Part shown: positions 51,428 through 64,000 of the stretch, piece by piece
Layout: each line of letters starts with the position of its first letter
Position numbering within the stretch: position 1 is the stretch's first letter
NCBI GenBank assembly: GCA_051362555.1
Contig: CM120643.1
Location: 310,001 to 374,000, forward strand
Length of the DNA stretch: 64,000 bases
Direction of reading: 5' to 3'
Source: Lingula anatina
Lineage: Eukaryota > Animalia > Brachiopoda
Made by a program: the position numbers and the translations under genes
Notes under the pieces: model-generated
What the model saw: the letters and a program-made list of their open reading frames with translations, nothing else
Database searches by the model: none
Told to the model about the DNA's origin: nothing

Positions 51428-51478
51428 GAGTTTATTAGGTGAATCCAGTCTAAGAGTTTATGTGTGAATCCAGTCTTA

Positions 51479-52232
51479 GACCACGTTCACAGCGATTTGA
51501 GCCAGGCTTTAAAAATCCTGGGACTAAATATGGCGGAAGTACATGAAAGGAAAACCGCCTAATCTTTTAAAAGTCTCTCTGCCTCTCATACACCTCCCCA
51601 CACGTCGTCCCTGCGGGGTACAATCATTAAATCTCGGCTCTGTTCGCCATGTGGAAGCTACCTGAGAAATATTAAGTGGTCATGCTCATCAATTAAACTC
51701 GAGGTGAAGAAAGGGTGGCGGATGGAGGCGATCGAAGGAAAAAAGCTCTTCTGTTCTATTATCTTTCAAAAAGGAAACGAAAAAGAAATGAATTGGCCCG
51801 TAGAGCAGCGATGAATCAGCTATCTACGGAGATAATGTCACCAGAGATATTCACTGAGATACCCAGCCCTAGTAGACAGAGGAGGAGGAGGGCAGAATTT
51901 TTGCCTATGCAGTCTCGTCAAAGGGTTGCAGTTCGTTCTGATGCTGATGTTTGCCTTGTTCCCTATGCTTGATCGAACTGGGAGGGGGGGTTCACGCTTT
52001 TGATCCCGATTCATAGCTGCGCTACGAGCCAATTCATTTCTTTTTCTCAGGTAGCTTCCACATGGTGAACGTAGCCGAGATTTAATGACTGTACCTCACA
52101 GGGATGACATGTGGGGAGCGTGTGAGAGGCGGAGAGACTATTAAAAGATTAGGCGGTTTTCCTTTCGAGTACGTCCACCATATTTAGTCCTAGGATTTGT
52201 AAAGCCTGGCTCAAATCGTTGTGAATGCAGTC
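51479..52232. mobile_element. Fold-back PIF/Harbinger MITE with about 190-bp TIRs
   Basis: 51479-51669 pairs with about 52043-52232, and 51781-51817 pairs with about 52008-52044. TTA TSD on both sides. Confidence 0.88.
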
Positions 52233-53461
52233 TTAGAGTTTGTAAGGTGAATCCAGTATTTACATTCTAGTCAAGGTTTATTTTCCAGAAGATATGTTGA
52301 CATGATGATTCAAGTCTAGAACCACATGACTTTTATTACCTTAAGTATTCTCCACAGTAAGCCGAAGAAAAGTTGAAAACACATGACTTCTATATAACCA
52401 GTACTGTACATGTGTACTAGTAACCTTTGCTCCATCCTGTTCTGCTTTGTTGATTCCAGACTTACTAGTACCAGAAAAATAACCAAGAGATACCAGGAGC
52501 TATTTATGACTTTATAACCAAGACTTATGGAATAAAATTATTTGCTAAGTTTTATAATTATGTGTGAGGACGTGGGCGAAAAGGGGAGTCACTATATTGA
52601 ACGTAGGTTGGGAACTGATGAATGAAAATAAGTAATTAAGTTCTGCCAGCAATCAACTGTGTGGCAGTCAGTAATATGTACTGCACTGGTACATGGGTTA
52701 ATTTTTCCTTACCACAAGGTGCGTGTTGGGATGACACCGGTCTCATGAATATGTTTTTCTTTTCACATTGATCTATGGGGCATCATTAAGTATTGATATT
52801 TATTGGATGAAGCCATTATTTGTGAAGTTGTCCTTCATGTGATATTCATGATGTAACTTTCATCTAAGACCTGATTTATGGCTTTTCATTTAATTAAAAT
52901 TTGAATATGGAAGAAAAGAGAACTGCACTAGTCCTGTACTTGAGCCCACGTCAGTCTAGTACCGTAGATCATTTCTGAACGCAGCTGTTAAGTCAGATTT
53001 TTCCCAAGCTTTTACCACAGGTCTCATGAGAAATGACCTTCACCCTGAGGGAAGGTCGGGTCATCAGTGATCTCATTGTTTTAAAGCAGGTTCTTTAAGA
53101 GCCACAGCATTGTGCAAAGAGAACTGTGGACTTTGATACTTTAGATTTTGCCATCAGTAGATTTACCAAGCAGCTGCAGAGGAAAGTTGCAGTGATCACA
53201 TCTCAGGCACTCGTGACAAGTGCTCACATTCTCAATCTTACCACTGAATTTCCTTCCAGACTGGAGCAGTCTGAGTGGTTTCTACTGTTCAGACGTACCA
53301 GAAATCCTGCAGTCGTAGACGGTTTTTAGTTTCCTCACAGTGACTGCACCAGAAAACAAGACACCTGTCTCCCCAGAACTGCGCCAGAAATAACCAACTT
53401 ACAGAGCACAGGAAGACAGCTAACACTAGTGTAAGCCAAGCTTGAAATACATGGAATACAA

Positions 53462-53900
53462 TTTTTTTTTTCTTTTTTTTTTTTTTTTTTTTTTTGAGAG
53501 AGAGAGAGAGAGAGAGAGAGCTCAACATAAATGTCAGCTTTTTATTTATTTTTTTTTTATCATTTTTTTTTTTTTTGAGATAGAGAGAGAGAGAGAGCTC
53601 AACATAAATGTCAGCTTTTTATTTTTTTATTATTTTTTATTATTATTATTATTATTTTTTTTAATTTATTTTTTTTTTTTTTGAGGGAGAGAGAGAGCTC
53701 AACATAAATGTCAGCTTTTTATAGTTAAAACTATAAACTGAGGCAGCAAAGCAGAGACCAAGGGCTCACAAACCTATAGCTAGGCAGTGTTTAGTAAGGG
53801 GACATAGAGAGAGAAAATGTCAGCTTTTTATAGTTAAAACTATAAACCGAGGCAGCAAAGCAGAGACCAAGGGCTCACAAACCTATAGCTAGGCAGTGTA
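53462..53900 (+). repeat. Compound local repeats: (T)n(GA)n-ctcaacataaatgtcagc x3 and an about 83-bp direct repeat
   Basis: Read directly. aaatgtcagctttttatagttaaaac...gctaggcagtgt occurs at about 53706 and 53815. Confidence 0.8.
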
Positions 53901-54162
53901 TAGTGAGGTGACAGAGGGAGAGGGGGGGGTTCTCGGTTCAGATGATACTCTTTTACAGATAACAAAATATCCTCATTTCCTCAATGTCCAGTAGGTTTTC
54001 TTGCTCATACTTCAGTAACAGTATGTCAGAACAGTTTACGCATGAAACGTCTGGTGCTATGTTGACACAGAGGACAATATTGATTAATATTTCAGAATGG
54101 CACTGTTTTACGAGAGGGATGTCCCCATGCACACACAGATAGATGCACACGTGTACATGCAT

Positions 54163-54201
<39 letters not shown>

Positions 54202-55413
54202 ACATTTCTGTGACAATCAGGTGCCTGGCCTGAATTCAGCAAAGCCAGTTTTAGCCAAATGCTAAATATTTTCTAGGTTGGTATAAGAAACTCTTTTTCC
54301 GGTATGTTTTACTTTTTTTTTTTTTTTTTTTTTCAAATTTAGACATTATTGGGTTTAATATTTTATTGACATCTGCTTCATGGTTGACCAATTACTAGTT
54401 AGGAGTAAAAGTTTTATTAATGCAGGCTGCAGCCTTGTTTTGTGTACACTTCTCTTGGATTGCAATCGTGACTTGTCTGTTCAGTGTAGTTTCTGTCTCC
54501 GGAACTTGAACGGAAAAAATAAGATTAAGTGCTCAAATAAATATTATATGATAGTAACTGTCAAACAGTTTTGTTTGTATGAGTTAACTTACGTTGAAAT
54601 AAGGTAATGTACCTTTCATTAATTTGGATTCTAGTGCACTTTGCCAGCTGTACCAGTATGGCAGATATATAGCAGGCGTATTCCAGAGATACATTAAACT
54701 TGGATGTTGATCATATATCTGACCTGTTCTGATGTGTTCTTATCATCCTCCTCTGACCTTCCAGATACTTGGAGTTCAAAATTAAATGTATAATGATACA
54801 CTTGTAGAATGAAATTCAAACACTAAGTGCCTTTTGATTGTTTGTTTTAAGATAATAATTTTAAAAATTGTTTACTTTAATTCCAGTCATATTTTCGCAA
54901 AAGTTTAAAAAGATGAAAGCATTATATTATATTACTTTACCTGCCAATCCCAATATAGTTCATTCATAAAATCAGGATGGTATTTATTTTTATAGATGTG
55001 TCTAGCAGTTGTGATAAAACTTAAGTATAAATATTTTATTTTATGCAGGTGAGCAGTGAACAACACATTATACATATCAAGCCAGTAGATAGGACAGCTT
55101 AGGAAGGAAGACATCTGTTCCATCACCTTGACTCGACACAAACATGAAAACTAGGACATCTGCTAGCAAAGATGGTTGAGACGACGTGACAAGATCACTC
55201 CAGTAGGTGGCAAGACAGCAAACCCACAGCATCTGAAAATTGATAATTTTACAAAGGGAAAGCAAAGTGATGATTTTCAGTTGGTGATTTTCAGTTTTCT
55301 CATCAGCTATCAGACAGCGTGTGCAAGTCAAGAGAATCACTTCTCATTGGAGTTTTTCTCTATGCATGTGCTCAGCTGGTGTCTCGGAAGACGTCCCGGC
55401 CACGCAGGTCAAA

Positions 55414-56171
55414 ATGACCACCAAGTGCAGCTGGACGTGTCTCATGGACAGAAGTCACCTCAAGTGGCTCCTCCTAGTGGTGGTCACGTTATTACTCATC
55501 CAGTACATAGGAAACCTGTTGGTTTATAAAAACTTCTACAATGTCACACAGTACTTCAATGGCGTCTACTGGCTAGGACAGGCAGTGTCTGGCTCTCTGT
55601 ATGGTGTCCACCAGAAGAAGATGGCACACATATTGAAAGTCAATGGGACACTTACAACACTAGGCACAAATACAACAAACTCAAACACAACAGTTGGTAT
55701 GGATTTACAGACGACGATGCTAGTCCAGCCGAACGTTACAGTGACAGTTGACACCTCAACGTCAAGTGGCAAAGATGGTAATTTATGTCCAAGTACCCCA
55801 CCTGGACTCAGTAAGTAGCCACACACTTAGGTGGCCTTCACAACAGATGATCCTCAGATACACTGATCTGCAGATCCAATATGGTGGACCCTACATGAAA
55901 GAAGAGCCAACTAGACCGCTGATGGTCTCCCTGCCTCTGCACGTGCCATTAAATGGATGAAGTCACGGGGGGGGGGGTTTAATTGCCAGATTCCAGCAAG
56001 GACAGTGCTCGTGGAGGCAGTGAGACCATCAGCAGATTATAGCCATATCTGATCTACAGATAAGTAGATCTGAGTATCATCTGATGTGAATGCCCTCTTA
56101 GACTTAAAAATTGTGTTGGACATAGTCCTATGACAGAATTATCAAATTATCTTATTTATTCATTTACTTGT

Positions 56172-56202
<31 letters not shown>

Positions 56203-58788
56203 TCTATCTATTTATTTATTTATTTGTTTATTTATTTATTTATTTATTTACTGTATTTATATTTGGGGGTGGAATACTTGCAACATTTTGCAAGTACATC
56301 TTGAATTTTTGGTTGAAGGTCTTTCACCAACTTGACATAAGTCAGAAACATTCTGCTCTGCTGCCCTCTGGGTTTGACTGCTATTGAATGCCTTAAGTTT
56401 GTATGAATTTTAGCAGTTTTGAATACTTTGGCAGTGGAAATATCTAGAGTGAGTTCAAGTGTTGGGTGAACTTATTTGATGTGTTATGTCAGAAATACAT
56501 ACTAGTAAAAAGATTAACGTTAAGGAATTTGTTACAAGTGGGGATGTGTTCAGTTTTAAATAGTTTACTTCTTGAAGACAGTTGATAGTAAAATCAGTGA
56601 GATATTAAACAGTTTTAAGAAGCTATCATTTTATTCTATTCCAGAGGGACGTATAGTACCAGACACGACGGCAGCCACATGGGAGACACTTCAGGCCAAA
56701 TACAGCACTGTGGAGCCTGGGGGGCGGTGGAGACCCAAGGACTGTACGTCCCGCCATCATGTGTATATTGTGATACCTTACAGAGACAGAGACGAACATC
56801 TACGCATCTTGCTCAATAATCTTCATCCTTTCTTACAAAAGCAGCAGTTGGATTATGGGATATACGTGGTAGAACAGGTCGGTGTAAGGGTTCACCAGTA
56901 GGATGTGATATGAGGGCGATGCTGATTGCAGTTTACTAGATATTCTCTCTGTACTTAATCTGTGCATCTTTAGTATCAAATTCAATTTTTCCATGGTTTC
57001 CATTTATGTCCACAGCTAATTATGTGTTAAACTTGCCATGTAAAATATATTTTGAATGCTGCAATGTTGGCAAAGACACTTGTTCATGTTTAGAATTATG
57101 TTAATTTTTGTAAATCAAAAGTCTCTTTGTTAAATCATTATATACGTGAAGTATACAGTAGGAGTCAAAAGTAGTTACAGTATTTACAAAATTCTATAGA
57201 GTCCAGTTGCTGTCATTGTCAAAACATATGACGTCTTACTTTCTATAGCTAATTAATACATTGTATATGGATTACTTATCAACTTAGCCCTTAGCAGATA
57301 ATCCCAGCTCAAACTCTGAATTCCTTGTCTCTCCACAGGCAGAGGGCAGCCATTTTAACCGCGGGATGTTGATGAATATTGGGTTCATAGAAGGTCTCCG
57401 CGTGTCGAATTACTCGTGTGTAATATTCCACGACGTGGACCTGCTTCCAGAAAATGACAATAATTTTTACTCTTGTCCTCAACAACCAAGGCACATGTCT
57501 GTTGCCATTGACAAGTTTAACTACAGGTCTGTATGCAACTGTATGGGAATGATCATAATTTTCATTTAATGTGATTATTTGATGTAATAAGTATGGTTAT
57601 TTTTACATCACTTGTTCAGTGAGCCCGGAAATATACCATATGAGTGAGGAGTATAAACTGGATGTTAGGATTTTTGAAATTATTATGCAGATTAGATACC
57701 AGAGCACTCTTTTATGTTTGAAGGTAATTGATGGGATTAATGAACATCTAAATGTACATCTTGTCTTAATATTATATATACACATAAAGAATGCAGTGGG
57801 AAAGGCAGTTGAAATTATCTCTTTTTTGTTGTGTCAAATTATTATTTCAAATTTTTCAATGATTTCCAGGCTTCCATATGCTTCATTATTTGGCGGGATC
57901 ACAGCACTGAGAGTCGAGCAGATGAAGAAGGTTAATGGTTACCCCAATGTCTATTTTGGCTGGGGCGGAGAAGATGACGACTTCTCAGACAGGTTTGTAC
58001 TGCTTTAGATTTACAACTGTTTTTAAGCAGACACTTGATTATTTATTCTTCATAATCTCTGCTTGAGTCAGAGAACATACGGAAAAAGAGGATATGGACA
58101 GCATCTTTTTTTATTTTCTTACTTGCATTAAAACAAAGACAAGTAAAGTGCTTCACTAAACCCTGAGTGCTTTTGATTTCTTAACTCCTTGAAATGAGAT
58201 GTCTTTGCCAGGAAGATATTTGCTGCTTTAAATCTATCAGAATATACACACATTTCTGAGATGATGGTTTATTTTAATTTTTTACAGAGTGCGTTCTAAG
58301 GGTTACCAGATAACACGTTATCCAGCAGAAGTCTCACGCTATAAGATGATCAAGCACAATAAGGACAAATCCAACCCGCCAAACCCTGTCAGGTAGAAAT
58401 TGAAACAAACTGCCGAGTTTCATTAGGTCATAGATATTGTTTTATCTTCATAGCACCCTTATGAAAAAGTCCTATAGGATCCTATAGGAAATTGGGCCTA
58501 TTTCCTATAGGATAATATAGGATCACTAGGGCAGCTACCAGCATTATGTTAAATAAAAGAACTCTGAGACATATCACCAGATACAATACAAAGAAAATTT
58601 TGGGTTTAATGGAGTCAGAAATGTTGAGAAATCTGTTGAAATGTTGCAGGTTCTCACTGGTACGCACAGCTAAGTCTCGCTTCAAAGTGGATGGGTTACA
58701 AAATATTCAGTACGAGCTGGTGAAGAAAGAAGAGCGCCCTCTTTACACGTGGCTCAATGTCAAAATCGATGAGAAGAAAGTGCTGCAG
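55414..58788 (+). CDS. bre-4: GT7 family beta-1,4-N-acetylgalactosaminyltransferase (bre-4/B4GALT-like), type II membrane protein
   Basis: Exons 55414-55810 (TM WLLLVVVTLLLIQYIG and N/T-rich stem), 56645-56877 (IPYRDR, YVVEQ), 57339-57526 (FNRGMLMN, FHDVDL, PRH), 57870-57992 (FGG, WGGEDDD), 58288-58392 (YKMIKH) and 58650-58788 (DGL). The last exon either splices onward (GTGAGT) or reads through to TAG at 58824. An upstream exon may extend the N-terminus (acceptor at 55375). Exact orthology is uncertain. Confidence 0.93.
55830..56097. mobile_element. PIF/Harbinger MITE in the first coding intron of the glycosyltransferase
   Basis: TIRs ggtggccttcacaacagatgatcctcagat / atctgagtatcatctgatgtgaatgccctc, with a TTA TSD. 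Confidence 0.85.
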
Positions 58789-59539
58789 GTGAGTGGAGCA
58801 TCTTGTGCTCTCAGCGCCATCTAGGAATAGGTTTTGGAGTATGGTGGTAGGCAGCCCCATTTGTCAAGCACTTCATCCATGTGGTAGTTTGAAAATTCCA
58901 TATACAATCATAAAGTTCAAATGTTCAAGAGAGCAGAATTTGTTTTCAGCTGAAGAGATGCCACAGGTGTGAGACTGCAGGAAATATACATTTTTTGTTT
59001 GTTTGTTTGTTTGTTTTACAAAGACATCTGATTGCTGTGTGATGGTCATATTATGTCATTTTTTATCTTTTTCACAAGTGTGCAAGCTGTCAAAAGTAAT
59101 AAAAATGATCCAGATTGCTGTCAAAGGTCTTCAATTTTAGTTTGTCACTGTGAACTATCTTAACTGGAAGGGGGGGTTTGGAAAAAATCTACTCTTCATA
59201 TTGTGAAAGTGGTGACAAAAAAGGGATGACCCCATAGGCTCCTTTACATCAAATAGCTTGGTTGAATTTCTATGTTAAGAAATACATTTGTAATATACAA
59301 TGGTGTCAGGCCCGTCTCTGCCTAGGGCTGTTTGGTTATGTCTGGCTAGGACAGAGTCTGTCTTGGTCTGTCTAGGATTGTCAGATTTTAAGTTAATCAG
59401 TACATTGTTACTGGACTATTTTTTATCAAAATACAAAATATTTCAACTTTATACAAGTAATATCTCACTCAGCAAAGAAAAAGTTGAAACAGTTGTTTCA
59501 GATCTCAAACAGAGTTCAAAGCTGCAGTTAGATTTAACT

Positions 59540-60930
59540 TTTTATGTACAGACACAGATGTGTCTGTACATATAGCCATCATCTGCGTCTGTCGCCGTCG
59601 TCGCTGTCGCCGTCGTCGCCGTCGTCGCCGTCGCCGTGCACTTTTACCGATAACACGATAAATGGAAAACTGTTTTTTCTTTTGGTATGAAACTTACAGA
59701 ACTGATGAATATTCATAATACGCAGGTCAAGTTCGAAAATCAGCATGATCGGGTCACTTTTAGGGAATTTATGCTGTTTTTTCACTTTTTTCAGCATATA
59801 TGCAGCACTGATAACACGATAAGTGGAAAACCATTTTACCTTTTGGCTTGAAACTTACAGAACTGATGAATATTCATAATACGCAGGTCAAGTTCGAAAA
59901 TCAGCATGATCGGGTCACTTTTAGGGAATTTATGCTGTTTTTTCACTTTTTTCAGCATATATGCAGCACCGATAACACGATAAGTGAAAAACCATTTTAC
60001 CTTTTGGCTTGAAAGTTACAGAACTGATGAATATTCATAATACGCAGGTCAAGTTCGAAAATCAGCATGATCGGGTCATTTTTAGGGAATTTATGCTGTT
60101 TTTTCACTTTTTTCAGCATATATGCAACCCCGATAACACGATAAGTGGAAAACCATCCTACCTTTTGGCTTGAAACTTACAAAACTGATTAATATTCATA
60201 ATACACAGGTCAAGTTCGAAAATCAGCATGATTGGGTCATTTTTAGGGAATTTATGCTGTTTTTTCACTATTTTTCAGCATATATGCAGCACCGATAACA
60301 CCATAAGTGGAAAACCAATTTACCTTTTGGCTTGAAACTTGTAGAACTGATAAATATTCATAATACGCAAGTCAAGTTCGAAAATCAGCATGATTCGATT
60401 ATTGTTAGGGAATTTATGCTGTTTTTTCACTTTTTTCAGCATATATGCAGCACTGATAACACAATAAGTGGAAAACTGTTTTTTCATTTGGCTTGAAACT
60501 TACAGAACTAATGAATATTCATAATACGCAGGTCAAGTTTGAAAATCAGCAAGATCGGACAATTTTTATGGAAGTTATCCTGTTTTTTTTTTTTTTTTTT
60601 TTTTTTTTTTCAATTTTTTCAGCACTTTTATAACACCGATAACATGATAAGTGTAAAAATGTTTTTCCTTTCCTTGGATTGAAATTTACAGAACTGGTGA
60701 ATATTTATTATATGCAGGTCAAGTTTGAAAATTGGCATGATTGGACTATTTTTACAAAAGTAATGCTGTTTTTTTCCCTTTATTCAGCATACATGCAACA
60801 CTGATAACGCATTTTAAGGAAAACCAATCAGCCTTTTGTCTTGCAACTCACAGGAGTGATCAATCTGACCAGTATACAGATCAAGTTTGAAAATAAGCTT
60901 GATCAGTTAAGTTTTGATGAAGTTATTAGC
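59540..60930 (+). mobile_element. Helentron-type element carrying a 161-bp central satellite (about 8 units)
   Basis: 5' hairpin tgtacagacac-agat-gtgtctgtaca, a (GTC/GCC)n microsatellite, then units starting at 59650, 59811, 59972, 60133, 60295, 60456, 60639 and 60804. Degenerate related blocks continue to about 63490. Confidence 0.8.
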
Positions 60931-63495
60931 CTTTTTGTATATAAGTGGTTTTTCTTCAGATTTAATTCTTAAGCATGTTAACAGTCTCATAACGGTACTA
61001 ATTGGATATGTTAAAGTGTTGTTTTAACATTTTCTGCTTCTTAACAATATTGTTAGTTGATTATATAAAAATGACAGTAAACCTATTATCCTGCATTGTG
61101 TAATAAAGTATCAAAAATGGAAAGGAACTCATCATTGCAGTTCGTCAGATTCAATCATTCACTATGTTCAGAATCTCCAAATGGAGCTAATTGGACATTA
61201 TAAATTGTTCTATTGATATTTTTCCTATGTCAACAATTTTCCTAGTTGATCATTTAAAAATGACAGTTAATTGATGATGGTTTTATGTTAAAAAGGTGTT
61301 GAAAATGGAAAGAAAATCATTTCAGTACAGTTATCTCTTGTTAACATTTTGGCATTTTGAAAGTGTGACCCTAACTTCCATGTCCTTGGAGACCTTTCCA
61401 TGAATATCCATGATACTTTTATTTTTTTATAAAAAATTTGATGGTCATTATGCTGTTAAGTATTATGTTATATTGCATGAAAGTTAAAGAAAACCCTATT
61501 TTGGACACTGCTGCCAGGATAGCGATTAAGGGAAAACCATGTTACTTATGATAATCAACCTTACTGAAAAGAGTGAAGTGCAGCTTGTGTTGGAAAACCA
61601 TCGTAATTGTTTTCTGTTTTGAAAGCAATGCAGTACAGTGCTATTTGGTGCAATAAATGTATATGGATAGTAGGCAGTTAATTCAGGGTTATAAAATAAT
61701 TTGCTTAATTGATTTTCAAGTTATTTCAGGGTTATAAAATAATTTGCTTAATTAATTTTCAAGTGGATATTAAATGAGATTACATAAACACACATTGAGA
61801 TTTCATTGTAAAGTCCCATCGGTTTAGCTTTCTTAACTGTGTCACATAATTAGGAATCGATGATTATTATGCAGGTAAATGTTATTTAATATGGAAAATA
61901 AGTTTACAAAAAAAAAAATTTGTGTAACGCTTACATTAATGCTAAAGATGAATAACAGTGCCTTATTATTCTCAAACTCAATAGGGTTATTCATATCATG
62001 TTAGTAATTGTACAGCTAGATTAAAAGTTTGAATAGCAGCTTTATTGGTATTTTTTGTTATGTTTTATTTTACATTTTCTTTTAATTTTTTTATGCTGTT
62101 TTTTCACTTTTTTCAACATATATGCAACATTAATAACACAATATAAGAAAAACAGCTTAGCCAATTGTCATTATACTCACAGGAGTGGTCAATCTTACAA
62201 AAATGCAGGTTGAGTTCGAAAATCAGTGTTATCGGGCCATTATTTTAGAAGTTGTACTGTTTTTTCAAATTTCCTCAGATTCAATTCTTAGGCATGTTAA
62301 CAGTCTCATTATTGAACTAATAAGATACGTAAAAGTGTGTGTTTGATATTTCCTGCATCTTTACAACATTGTTAGTTGATTATGTAAAAATGATGGTAAA
62401 CTTGTTATCATGTATTGTGTAATCAAGTGTCCAAAACGGAAATAAACTCATATCATTGCAGTTTGTCAGATTCAATCATCCACATCTGCCATGATGACCA
62501 TGATGGGAAAACCGTGTTCGTTATGATTGTCAAACTTTCAAAAAAGAAACACAGGACTAAAATGCAGCCCAAGTTGGAAAAGCAGTCTAATGGGCTTCTT
62601 TTTCTGGAAGTTATTCATTTTAGTGAAATATTCATTATCTTTTTGGCATATTCATTGTGGGACTCGGAGCTCCCATGGACATGAAGCCGGATGGTAATCA
62701 AATTTTCTACATGTTCATGCTATTTATAGTCAATAATCAAAAATTGGTGATAATTATTCTATAATTTATTATGTAATGTTACATCAAAATTGACAATAAT
62801 CTTTTTGCACTGCTACTGCAAACATTATGAAAAGAAAACTGTGTTATTTATTATTATATTTAACTTAAGAGTATGATTTTTAGGATTGGCATGCAGTTCA
62901 AATTAGAAAGCCAGGTCAGTTGGGTTATCATTTATTATTGAATTTAATGCAATTTTGTGTGAAATTTCATTTTTCTCATTCTGGCACTTTCTAAGTATAA
63001 ACTTGAACTCTGATGGGCCTGAAGCCTTATGCTTTTACTCTCATCGGTGTTACCTGTTGTGCAAAATTAAAATTTGATGTTGACTGTGCAGTTAAACATA
63101 ATGTATTATTGCATCAGAAGTGGTAGTCTCCTATTTTGTGCATTATTGTTTTGTGCTCTTCTTAAGTTGTGACTTATGGGCCTGAAAGACCTTTGAGAGG
63201 GTCAGTCTATAAATTTCCCTTGGGTATCACTTCGCTAATTTCAGTTATAAAGTAATTTGCCTAATTGATAGGCTACATAAAGCACACTTGTGATTTGAGA
63301 TTACATAAAGCACACTTGTTGATATTTCCCTGTAAACTCCCATAGGTTAAGCTCTCTGCTAGATTAATAATAAGGAAGCAGTGATAATTATGCAGGTAAA
63401 TTTTGTTTAATATTGCAAATAAGTTTTATATATATATATATATATATCAAACTGAAAGATTAAAAGTTTGAATAGCAGCTTCATTGGAATTATAT

Positions 63496-63678
63496 TTACC
63501 TCTGCCAAGGAGGTTATATTTTCACCCCTGTTTGTCATCAACATAACTCAAAAAGTTATGGACCGATTTTGCTGAAATTTTCAGGAACTGTCAGAAGTGG
63601 GCCAAAGAGGACAAAAATCAATAATAATCAACAATTGCTACCTTGGCAGAGGTCTGCACTCTCGGAGTGCTTTTCTAG
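63496..63678 (+). mobile_element. Helentron-associated non-autonomous element (same family as 34086-34325)
   Basis: acctctgccaagg / ccttggcagaggt, 3' hairpin gcactctcggagtgc and a CTAG end. Confidence 0.8.
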
Positions 63679-64000
63679 TTTTGTTGTTTTCCTTTATAAT
63701 TTTTTCTCAAACACTTGCATTTGTGACTTTAAACTCTCATCCGCCTGAGACTCTGACATTTCTGTTTTTCCACATAAGCAGTTGTATTGTTTTTTATGTC
63801 TTTAAACATTATGTTACTTATGTAATATTATTTTATGCACTGTCATCATTTTTCAAATATTAAGACTTACATCATGTGAATTTGAACTCTCATGGTCCTG
63901 AAACTGTAATCTTATTGAAAGGGTAGATTGAGACCATCTTCTGGGACTTCCGGAAGACAGTCAGGTTATTAAGTTTATATTGCCTGGTATCTATTTTTTC

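Larger units (their letters stand above)
49441..52258 (+). repeat. 26-bp minisatellite (gtgaatccagtcttagagtttattag)n interrupted by two transposons
   Basis: About 12 units at 49441-49748, two units at 51428-51478 and one at 52233-52258. Confidence 0.9.

Noticed and set aside
51715-51972. 85-aa basic ORF inside the Harbinger MITE
   Set aside because: GTG start and no catalytic motifs; at most a relic transposase N-terminus.
42100-55300. tRNA/ncRNA genes or additional coding exons
   Set aside because: I could not identify any cloverleaf, RNA family motif or phase-consistent coding exon. 5' UTR exons of the flanking genes probably lie here but cannot be placed.

Overview
AT-rich, intron-containing animal genomic DNA, most likely from a marine lophotrochozoan such as a mollusc (inferred from gene and repeat types; not provable here). 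Most short ORFs in the supplied track are exon fragments or antisense shadows. I assembled six protein-coding genes by hand from GT/AG boundaries and exon phase. (1) An uncharacterised beta-propeller-like gene on the minus strand that runs off the left edge. (2) A 137-aa secreted Gly/Tyr-rich protein with a galaxin-like double-Cys core. (3,4) Two intact tandem paralogues of a 240-aa secreted single-VWA protein. (5) A 14-exon, 491-aa secreted EMI-EGF4-TSP1-VWC-linker-VWC protein. (6) A GT7 beta-1,4-GalNAc-transferase (bre-4-like). Between and inside them lie an L2 LINE fragment, a piggyBac derivative, hAT-type elements with apparent 6-bp TSDs, Harbinger MITEs, Helentron-type elements and several satellites. 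The most unusual structure is a 118-bp tandem array inside gene 5. It has copied half of a VWC exon plus its splice donor 13 times, and each unit reads as a 55-nt GT..AG intron plus a 63-nt in-frame, stop-free candidate exon.
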